From the NCBI GenBank assembly GCA_964577825.1, contig CAZOBJ010000001.1, positions 11,421 to 75,420 on the forward strand: a stretch of DNA of 64,000 bases, given 5' to 3'. The notes beneath the pieces are model-generated. The model saw only the letters and a list, made by a program, of their open reading frames with translations. It had not been told where the DNA came from and searched no databases. Position numbers and translations under genes: made by a program. Positions within the stretch are counted from its first letter, which is position 1. Each line of letters begins with the position of its first letter. Below, piece by piece: positions 29,403 to 36,836 of the stretch. The DNA comes from an uncultured Planctomycetales bacterium. Its GTDB lineage: Bacteria > Planctomycetota > SZUA-567 > JAFGNG01.

Positions 29403-30203
29403 TCACTCTGCGGGCAGTTGGCTCTCCAGGCGCCCCACTCTGTCCGCCAGGTGCGAGTGCGCGTTCCTCAGGTCCAGGAAGACGCGGCTCGTGATGTACA
29501 ACCTGTGGCGATCCTCGAGCCGGTCAATGTCGTCCTCCAGGTCCTCGACTTTCTCATCCAGGTACTCCACCTTATCTTCCAGTCGGTCCAGCCTGTCGTC
29601 CAGCTTCTCGACTATGTCGCGGAGTTCCTGTATGAGGCGTTCGTGGCGGCGCACGGAGGCGAGTTCCTCCTCGGCGAGGTCTCTCTCGATGCGCGCCTTC
29701 TCCGCTTCCTGCTCGGCTTTCTTCACTTCCTCTTTTCTCAGGGCCTCCCGGTGCCACTCGTCGCGTTCTTCGGCAAGCGCTTCCAGCTTGGCCTCGATGC
29801 GGTCCCGGGCTTCCTGGCCGGTGACCTGTTGGAGGGCTTTCTCGTAGGCCCGCCGCGCCTTGACCACCATCGCCGGCCCGTCTTCGACTTCCCATATCCG
29901 ATCGTTGTAGGCGTCTCCCACCTGCTCGTGGTACTCGTACAGGGGGATGCTGAACCGCTTCAAGTCCCTTATCGTGTCCTTCGGGTAGGCTACGGTTGCC
30001 TGAGCGGGCGGCTCGACGTGGATCATCGCTTCCGTCTCCATCACGAGCCTTCCGGTGAGCACACGGCTGCTGAGGGCGATCTCAACCATCTCCACGCTCG
30101 CGGGCGCCTCCGGGGCTTCCCCCTGTTCCCCGGCCAGAAGGATAGGTCCATAGACCGACGACAGGACGGAGCACAGCACGATCACGCGGCGGACGGATTT
30201 CAT
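29403..30203 (-). CDS. secreted coiled-coil protein, function unknown
   Basis: The start is ATG 30203 (MKSVRRVIVLCSVLSSVYGPILLA, signal-like) after a G-rich SD. The C-terminal half is highly charged heptad-like sequence (DRLDRLEDKVEYLDEKVEDLEDDIDRLEDR). Confidence 0.6.
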   Translation of the reverse strand: MKSVRRVIVLCSVLSSVYGPILLAGEQGEAPEAPASVEMVEIALSSRVLTGRLVMETEAMIHVEPPAQATVAYPKDTIRDLKRFSIPLYEYHEQVGDAYNDRIWEVEDGPAMVVKARRAYEKALQQVTGQEARDRIEAKLEALAEERDEWHREALRKEEVKKAEQEAEKARIERDLAEEELASVRRHERLIQELRDIVEKLDDRLDRLEDKVEYLDEKVEDLEDDIDRLEDRHRLYITSRVFLDLRNAHSHLADRVGRLESQLPAE

Positions 30204-30425
30204 GGTCTCTCCCCCCGTTACCGGAATCTGCCATCTTGTATTATACGCTGCCCCGGCCGGCCGGGACAGCCGGTCATTCCATCCCGGGGTTTTGGCGCGG
30301 CTCAGGCACAAGCCGGCGGGACGGGTCGTCTCTGGCGGGAGAGACACAGAAATCGCCGGGCGTTGTGCCCGGCGCTACCCGCGAAAAGGGCCGGGAATTC
30401 AGCCTTTCTACAAGGCGGCCCCGCC

Positions 30426-30890
30426 TCAATGGTCCTTTCGGGCCTTCTTGAGCGCCGTTACGATCTTGCCGGCCAGGTCCTTGGCAAGCTGCGCGGTGTT
30501 CTCCCCGAAGGACATCTCGCGCAGCAGTTCCGTGCACGCCCCGGCGATCACCAGGTTGACGCCTCGGTCCTGGCTCTCGCGGTAGTCGGTGCGGACGCCG
30601 ATGATCGGCACCTGCCTCTCGTATGCGATGCCCATCTCGAGGGCCGTCCCGCTGTCCACGTCCGGACCGTCCAGCACGGCGACCAGCACGTCGGCGTCCC
30701 GCAGTCTGCTGATGCACGTGCGGAAGATTTGAGGGAAATCCGCCGGGTCGTTGTAGGAGTGGTCGAACTTGAAGTCCTGTGGAAGGATGACCTCCGCGCC
30801 CTCGATGCGTTTCTCCAGCTCTTGCGCCAGTGCGCGGTTCCAGCGCCGCTGGGCCTCCGTGAAAAGCGGTCCGGACAGATAGACCTTCAC
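30426..30890 (-). CDS. nucleoside 2-deoxyribosyltransferase-family protein
   Basis: VKVYLSGPLFTEAQRRWN...DSGTALEMGIAY matches the N-deoxyribosyltransferase-like fold. The start is placed at GTG 30890, directly abutting the nnrE stop (30892-30894). Confidence 0.65.
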   Translation of the reverse strand: MKVYLSGPLFTEAQRRWNRALAQELEKRIEGAEVILPQDFKFDHSYNDPADFPQIFRTCISRLRDADVLVAVLDGPDVDSGTALEMGIAYERQVPIIGVRTDYRESQDRGVNLVIAGACTELLREMSFGENTAQLAKDLAGKIVTALKKARKDH

Positions 30891-30891
30891 C

Positions 30892-31611
30892 TCAGCTGCC
30901 CTCCGATTGCGCCTGCTCGAGCTGCTGCTGGATGACGCTGCGCGGGATGCTGATCTCGGCCACCTCCACGTCCCCCGTGAACCGGTGCGCCCCCGGCCGC
31001 GTGAATCCTGTCTTGTTGACCGCGAAAGTGACGGTGCGCTGGGCACGCACGGCGACGCCGAGCGGCTCGCCGGTGTCGCAGTCCAGGCCCGACGGCACGT
31101 CCACGGCCAGCACGGGCCGGCCGGACCGGTTTATCGCCGCGATGGCCGACCGGAACGGCTCGCGCACTTCACCCTTGACCCCCGTCCCCAGCAGCGCGTC
31201 GACGATCAGGTCGCACTCCGCACAGGCATCAAAGACGGCGGCGTCCTGCTGCGAGTTTGCCTCCCTCACCGCGATGCCCATGTTGAGCGCGATTCGCAGG
31301 TTCACGACGGCGTCGCCGGCTTGGTCGAGTGCCTGCTGAAGGCGGGCCAGCAGGGGCACGAACACGTTTGCACCCCAGTTCGTGAGGTGCCGCGCCGCGA
31401 CGAAGCCATCCCCGCCGTTGTTGCCCCTGCCGCACAGTACGGCGACCCTCTTGCCCTCGACGCCGTCCAGCATCTCGCGCGCCGCCGCCGCGCAGGCCCG
31501 GCCGGCGTTCTCCATGAGGAGTATGCCCGGAATGCCGTACTGCTCAATGGCAATGCGGTCCAGTTGTCGGATTTGCTCCGCTGTGGCGGCGAGCGTGGGC
31601 ATCATGTTCAT
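30892..31611 (-). CDS. nnrE: NAD(P)H-hydrate epimerase (YjeF N-terminal domain only)
   Basis: ENAGRACAAAA...VAVLCGRGNNGGDGFVAARHL...VDALLGTG is the YjeF_N signature. No C-terminal dehydratase domain is present. Confidence 0.85.
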   Translation of the reverse strand: MNMMPTLAATAEQIRQLDRIAIEQYGIPGILLMENAGRACAAAAREMLDGVEGKRVAVLCGRGNNGGDGFVAARHLTNWGANVFVPLLARLQQALDQAGDAVVNLRIALNMGIAVREANSQQDAAVFDACAECDLIVDALLGTGVKGEVREPFRSAIAAINRSGRPVLAVDVPSGLDCDTGEPLGVAVRAQRTVTFAVNKTGFTRPGAHRFTGDVEVAEISIPRSVIQQQLEQAQSEGS

Positions 31612-32276
31612 GTTGCGACCGGGGCACGGGCCGGCACTGACGCAGCCCCGTCACCCGTCGGCGGGCGGGCCTGTTCTGCGCGCAACTGTTCGACGAACGC
31701 CGCCGCCTCAGCGACGATGCGGTCCACGCTCGCGGCCGTGACGGCGAAGTCAACGCGCGGCACTTCCTGAGCCGCGCCCTCCGCAGGGCCCTTCTCGGAG
31801 TCTCTCATCTCCTGATAGGCCTCCAGGAGTCCGTTGAGCTGGGTTTTCTTCTCCACAAGCCGGACCACCGCCCCCAGCAGTCGGTCCCTGCGTTGCGTGA
31901 ACTCCGTGACTGTGATGTCCGCCCGGTTGTGTCGCTCGCAGAGGTCCGCCAGGAGCCCCACGACGGGCTGGACAGTGGCGTTCCAGCGGAGCTGGGCGTT
32001 GAAGATGAAGCCCTCCGACGGGCGGCTCCGACCGCGAGCATAGCCTATCGGCAGCTCGATGACGTACAGCATCGGTCGGTAATGAGGGATGAAGCTGCGG
32101 GCGGAGACGGGGTCGCGCCACTCGTGCCGGGCCAGGTCGTCGCTGACGCGCACGCGGACCTGGTTGCGGTGGCACGCTGTCAGAAGAGCGATGAGCACGA
32201 GGCCCGCACAACAGAGCAGTGGCGCACGACGACACGAGCGGACACGGGCATGAAAGACAGCGGACTCGCCGGGCAT
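31608..32276 (-). CDS. lipoprotein, function unknown
   Basis: A signal peptide with lipobox is present (LVLIALLTAC). The stop overlaps the nnrE start (ATGA at 31608-31611). No family was recognised. Confidence 0.55.
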   Translation of the reverse strand: MPGESAVFHARVRSCRRAPLLCCAGLVLIALLTACHRNQVRVRVSDDLARHEWRDPVSARSFIPHYRPMLYVIELPIGYARGRSRPSEGFIFNAQLRWNATVQPVVGLLADLCERHNRADITVTEFTQRRDRLLGAVVRLVEKKTQLNGLLEAYQEMRDSEKGPAEGAAQEVPRVDFAVTAASVDRIVAEAAAFVEQLRAEQARPPTGDGAASVPARAPVAT

Positions 32277-32291
32277 TCGCAGCAGCTTCCA

Positions 32292-33512
32292 CTACATGAC
32301 GACTTCCTCGGTCAGGTCGATCTTCGACAGGTCGAGGCTCTTCACGGCCCTCTCGTAGCCGTGTCGCCGCAGCCTGTTGAGCATGTCGGGCCGGAAGAAC
32401 GACTGCTTGACCGCGTCGGCCGGGCTCAGTTGCTTGCTCTCGACCTGCGCGAGCAGGTAGTTGTTGACCCGGTCGTTCATGTCCTGCTTCTCGACCGATC
32501 TCGAGTAAGCCTCGTCCAGCGTGATGAATCCCTCCTCCACCAGGTTAAGCAGGGACTCGTTCATGGTCACCATGCCGTATTTCTTGCCGGTCTGGATGAC
32601 TGAGGGGAGCTGGTAGGTCTTCTGCTCGCGGATCAGGTTGCTCACGGCACTGTGAACGACCAGTATCTCGAACGCGGCGATCCGGCCCTTCACCTTCCGC
32701 CGGCAGAGCGTCTGGGCGATGACGGCCTTGAGCGTTTCGGCAAGCATGGTCCGGATCTGCGCCTGCCTGTCCGGCGGGAACTGGTCGATGATCCGGTCCA
32801 CCGTGCTGGTGGCGGTTGTGGTATGGACGGTGCCCAGCACGAGGTGTCCTGTCTCGGCGGCGGTGATGGCCAGTGCCATGGTCTCCAGGTCACGCATCTC
32901 GCCCACGAGAATAATGTCGGGGTCTTCGCGGAAGGCCGCCCTGAGCGCACGCTTGAAACTGTCCGTGTGCAGGCCCACCTGGCGGTGGCTGAATATGCAG
33001 TTGAGGTTGCTGTGCACGAACTCAACCGGGTCCTCGATGGTGATAACGTGGTCTGACCTTTGCTCGTTGGCGTGGTGCAGCAGCGCCGCCAGCGTTGTGC
33101 TCTTGCCGCAGCCCGTCGGCCCCGTGCACAGGATAATGCCCTTCGGCAGCATCACCAGGTCCACGACCGTCTTGGGCAGCCCCAGATCCTCGACCGTCAT
33201 GATATCGAACGGAATGAGGCGCTGAGCCATGGCTGGCCCGTTGATGTCGCAGTAGATGTTGGTCCTGAATCGAGCGACGTTGGGGATCTCATAGGCGAAG
33301 TCGCTGTCGTGCGTCGCCTCGTACTCCCGCCGGTTCCTTTCGGGCACTATCTCGTAGACCAACGCTTTGACCTGCTCCGCCGTCAGGGACGGGAGCTTCA
33401 TCTTCTGAAGGGCGCCGTCGATGCGTACTATGGGCGGCGAGCCGGTAGCCAGGTGCAGGTCAGAGCCGCTGTTCTTTATCAGGAAGTTCAGGAACTTGTC
33501 TACTTGAGCCAT
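32292..33512 (-). CDS. pilT: type IV pilus retraction (twitching motility) ATPase PilT
   Basis: SDLHLATGSPPIVRIDG, Walker A GPTGCGKSTT, the Asp box, and the GEMRD / VLGTVHTT motifs characteristic of PilT/PilU are all present. Confidence 0.9.
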   Translation of the reverse strand: MAQVDKFLNFLIKNSGSDLHLATGSPPIVRIDGALQKMKLPSLTAEQVKALVYEIVPERNRREYEATHDSDFAYEIPNVARFRTNIYCDINGPAMAQRLIPFDIMTVEDLGLPKTVVDLVMLPKGIILCTGPTGCGKSTTLAALLHHANEQRSDHVITIEDPVEFVHSNLNCIFSHRQVGLHTDSFKRALRAAFREDPDIILVGEMRDLETMALAITAAETGHLVLGTVHTTTATSTVDRIIDQFPPDRQAQIRTMLAETLKAVIAQTLCRRKVKGRIAAFEILVVHSAVSNLIREQKTYQLPSVIQTGKKYGMVTMNESLLNLVEEGFITLDEAYSRSVEKQDMNDRVNNYLLAQVESKQLSPADAVKQSFFRPDMLNRLRRHGYERAVKSLDLSKIDLTEEVVM

Positions 33513-33558
33513 GGCTCACCCCTCCGCTCGGGTCCCACGAACGTTACATGCGGGGATT

Positions 33559-33587
33559 ATGTTAGCACCGTCGGCCGTCAGCGTCAA
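33559..33587 (-). promoter_or_regulatory. putative promoter of pilT
   Basis: On the minus strand: TTGACG (33587-33582), a 17-nt spacer, then TAACAT (33564-33559). The -35 overlaps the waaA stop. Confidence 0.25.
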
Positions 33588-34903
33588 GCTGGATGGACGC
33601 GGCCTTTCTCCCGGGACAGCTCAGCCTGGCGGAAGACTCCCTCCAGCTTCGTCAGCGTCCGCTCGGTAGCCCCCTGACTTTCCAGGATCACCGATCGGGC
33701 GGCGCGCCCGATCGTCCCGGCCTGATCGGGATTGCTGAGTAGGCGGTCCAACTCCCTGACCAGTTCGGCGCGATCCCGGACTGCCAGGACGGCGTCGTTC
33801 TCCCTGAGGAGTCTCATCTCCGGGCGGAAGTTCCCCGTGTGCGGGCCGACCAGCACCGGTTTGCCCAGCGCAGCGGGCTCCATCATGTTCTGGCCGCCCC
33901 CGGGCGGGTTAAGGCTGCGCCCAACGAAGGCACACGTGGCGAGCGCATAGCACTTGGTCAACTCGCCGATGGTGTCCAGCAGGATGACGGCGTCCTCCGG
34001 CGCGCTCCTTTGCTCCGCGTCAAGGACGGTTTTCTCGGCTATGCTGAAGCCACGTGAACGTAGAGCAGCCCTGATCTGCGCGGCGCGCTCGATGTGGCGG
34101 GGGGCGATGATGAGTCTGAGCCGGCGGTGCTTTATCTTCAGGTCTCTGTAGGCGCCGGCAAGCGCGGCCTCCTCGCCCCGATGCGTGCTGCCGGCGACCA
34201 GGACGGGATCCCCCGGCTCGATGGCGAAGGTGCGGGCCATCTGCTCCAGTTCCGCGGGCCTGAAGTCGGTCCTGAGCGCGTCGTACTTCAGGGAGCCGGA
34301 CGTGCAAACGGCCTCCTCGCACATGCCGACCGCCCTGAATCCCGCCGCGTCCTCGCGGCTCCTGGCGCAGCAGATGCGCACGCCGTCCCACAGGTGCGGC
34401 CACAGCCGGTTGAGGACCCGGAGCAGGCGACGAGAGCCTCTCCCTATCCGGCCGCTGACGATTGCCACCGGCACGTGACGTGCGCGGCAGGCCTCCAGAA
34501 AGTTCGGCCAAATCTCCAGCTCAACCAGCAGAACCATGCTCGGCCTGACCCGCTCCAGAGCCCGCCCCACGCAGAAGGAGAAGTCCAGCGGCATGTAGAA
34601 GACCCTTGACTCGGGGTAGAGTTCTTCCAGCCGTCGCGCGCCGGTGTCGGTGTTCGTTGAGAAGACGATCTCCCAGCCCGGCCGCCGGCGTCTGATCTCC
34701 GCCACGAGGCGACGCGGTATGGCGGCCTCGCCGACGCTGGCGCAGTGTAACCACAGCCGCGGGGAGGTAGGCAGGTGAGGGACGAACCCCAGCCGCTGCA
34801 GGATGCCTGCCCGGTAGCGCCGGCCCTGAGGAAGCTTCCACAGCCAGTACGGCACCAGACATGCCGCAGCAGCGCCAAACACGCAGTTGAAGACCCAGCT
34901 CAT
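33584..34903 (-). CDS. waaA: 3-deoxy-D-manno-octulosonic acid (Kdo) transferase
   Basis: An N-terminal membrane anchor is followed by LWLHCASVGEA and the GT30 C-terminal motif (GGSL-type region FVGRSLNPPGGGQNMMEPAALGKPV). Confidence 0.88.
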   Translation of the reverse strand: MSWVFNCVFGAAAACLVPYWLWKLPQGRRYRAGILQRLGFVPHLPTSPRLWLHCASVGEAAIPRRLVAEIRRRRPGWEIVFSTNTDTGARRLEELYPESRVFYMPLDFSFCVGRALERVRPSMVLLVELEIWPNFLEACRARHVPVAIVSGRIGRGSRRLLRVLNRLWPHLWDGVRICCARSREDAAGFRAVGMCEEAVCTSGSLKYDALRTDFRPAELEQMARTFAIEPGDPVLVAGSTHRGEEAALAGAYRDLKIKHRRLRLIIAPRHIERAAQIRAALRSRGFSIAEKTVLDAEQRSAPEDAVILLDTIGELTKCYALATCAFVGRSLNPPGGGQNMMEPAALGKPVLVGPHTGNFRPEMRLLRENDAVLAVRDRAELVRELDRLLSNPDQAGTIGRAARSVILESQGATERTLTKLEGVFRQAELSREKGRVHPA

Positions 34904-34992
34904 TCCTTTCTCCAGGACAATCCCACAGCCAGTTAGGATACATGCTTTGCCACGCGGTATTCAATTGGGCACGCGGTGTGGTGGCTTCGGTC

Positions 34993-35021
34993 TTGACAGC
35001 CCGGCGGTCGCAACTTACACT
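34993..35021 (+). promoter_or_regulatory. putative promoter of the Ser/Thr kinase gene
   Basis: A perfect TTGACA (34993-34998), a 17-nt spacer, then TACACT (35016-35021). These are the same hexamers as the pheA promoter candidate. Confidence 0.4.
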
Positions 35022-35149
35022 GTTGTGGCGCCGAAAGGCGCGGTGGGGGTCGGAGGCGACTGTCTGAGAGGTTCCTCTGTCTCTGCCTCTACCGCCAAGA
35101 GTTGAAGGTCGTGCGCTTCGGTGTCCTGTTGTCCGGCGGGAGGGTGGGC

Positions 35150-36652
35150 ATGTCAACGCCTCAGGAAAGGCGTTTTGTTCGGCTGGCCCTGGCGCGCAAG
35201 GCGTTGACTCGCGAGCAGATGGAGGCCTGCCAGCAGTTACAGGCGCAGAAGCAGAAGGAAGGCACCAAGGCGCCCCTGTGGGACTGCGCCGTGCTGCAGA
35301 ACATGCTCTCCCAGGACGATGCGGAGAAGCTGGAGGATGATGCGGGCGATCTGACGGTCGATAAGCTGGGGGAATTCACGATCGTCCGCAAGCTCGGCGA
35401 GGGGGGCATGGGGGCCGTTTACCTCGGGATCGGCTCGGACAAGAACCGCTCCGCCATAAAGATCATGGCTCCCCACCTGTCCAAGCAGAGGCCCTTTCTG
35501 ACCCGGTTCTTCCGGGAGGGACAGGCCTCTATGAAGCTCCAGCACCAGAACCTGGTCCGCGGCTACGACATTGGCGAGGACGCGGGTTACTACTTCTTCG
35601 CCCTGGAGTTCGTGGACGGCAAGAGCCTTAGCCAGATAATCCGGGACGGCGGGCCCCTTCCGCCCGAGAAGGCGACCGAGATCATACTGTCAGTGGCTGA
35701 GGCCTTGGCCTACGCTCACGAGAATCATGTCGTCCACCGCGACATAAAGCCCGAGAACATCATGCTCACCAGGGACGGCGTGGCCAAGTTGATGGACCTC
35801 GGCCTGGCGCGCCAGACGGACAGCGAGGTCACTGCCCTGACGCGCACGGGCACGGCCATGGGCACGCCTTATTACATGGCGCCCGAGCAGGCGCAGGACG
35901 CCAAGCGGGCCGACGAGCGCAGTGACATCTATTCCCTGGGCGCTTCGTGGTATCACATGGTGACTGGCAAGGTTCCCTTCGAGGGCGCCACCTCCTATGA
36001 GGTCTTCCAGAAGCACCTGAAGGAGCCGCTCAGGCCACCCCAGGCGCTGGAAAGCAAAGTGCCGCGCGCCGTGTCTCTCAGCATCGAACGCATGATGGCG
36101 AAAGAGCCTGACCGGCGGTTCCAGAGCGCCACGGAGGTCTGTGAGCATATCCGGGAGCACTGCCTCGGCAAGCGAGATATCAAGAAAGAGCTGGGCGTCG
36201 GCGCGGAAGCCAAGACAGAGGCCAAAGAGGACCTCTGGGACATGAAGGTCGCGGTCAAGGGCAGGGTCGAAAAGCGGCGTTTCTCCCTGGCCGAACTGCG
36301 CGCGAGGATACGCAAGGGGCAGATCGGCCGCGAAACACCGGCCAAACGCGTCGGGGAGTCGGGTCCATACCAGCCTGCCGGTTCCTACAGCGAACTGGAG
36401 AGGGAGTTTCCCCGCGACTATGCTATGGCCGCTGCCGGGCAGAAGGATGGCGATGCACCCTCCAGCAGGTCCGAACTGCGCAGCCTGCTGACCCACTACG
36501 ATGAATCCGCCCGCTCATATCACCGCAAGCGCGGCCTGAAGAAGCTTGTGCCGCTGCTCATCAAGCTCGGGATTGCGGCGGTCGTGGCGCTGGTCATCTG
36601 GCTCTTCTGGGACAGCATCTCGGGCGTGCTCTCTGGCTTTATGGGCGACTGA
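35150..36652 (+). CDS. Hanks-type serine/threonine protein kinase with C-terminal TM anchor
   Basis: The kinase subdomains are present: GEGGMGAVY, AIK, HRDIKPEN, DLGLA, and GTPYYMAPE. A C-terminal hydrophobic helix follows (LIKLGIAAVVALVIWLFW). The start is ATG 35150 (MSTPQERR). Confidence 0.9.
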   Translation: MSTPQERRFVRLALARKALTREQMEACQQLQAQKQKEGTKAPLWDCAVLQNMLSQDDAEKLEDDAGDLTVDKLGEFTIVRKLGEGGMGAVYLGIGSDKNRSAIKIMAPHLSKQRPFLTRFFREGQASMKLQHQNLVRGYDIGEDAGYYFFALEFVDGKSLSQIIRDGGPLPPEKATEIILSVAEALAYAHENHVVHRDIKPENIMLTRDGVAKLMDLGLARQTDSEVTALTRTGTAMGTPYYMAPEQAQDAKRADERSDIYSLGASWYHMVTGKVPFEGATSYEVFQKHLKEPLRPPQALESKVPRAVSLSIERMMAKEPDRRFQSATEVCEHIREHCLGKRDIKKELGVGAEAKTEAKEDLWDMKVAVKGRVEKRRFSLAELRARIRKGQIGRETPAKRVGESGPYQPAGSYSELEREFPRDYAMAAAGQKDGDAPSSRSELRSLLTHYDESARSYHRKRGLKKLVPLLIKLGIAAVVALVIWLFWDSISGVLSGFMGD

Positions 36653-36836
36653 CCCCTTGCGCGCGCCATCTTGACGGCTGTCCGCTGCACGTCCCCGCTT
36701 CCCTGGCCTGATCTCTGACCCGGCGCAGCTTCGTGCCCCCCTCCAAGTTGCCGCCGATCATCCTGCGCCTGCCGTCCAGAACCGGCCGCAGGCTTCATGC
36801 CATCGGTGCCTCCCGCCGGCCTCTCCACTGGGGCGA

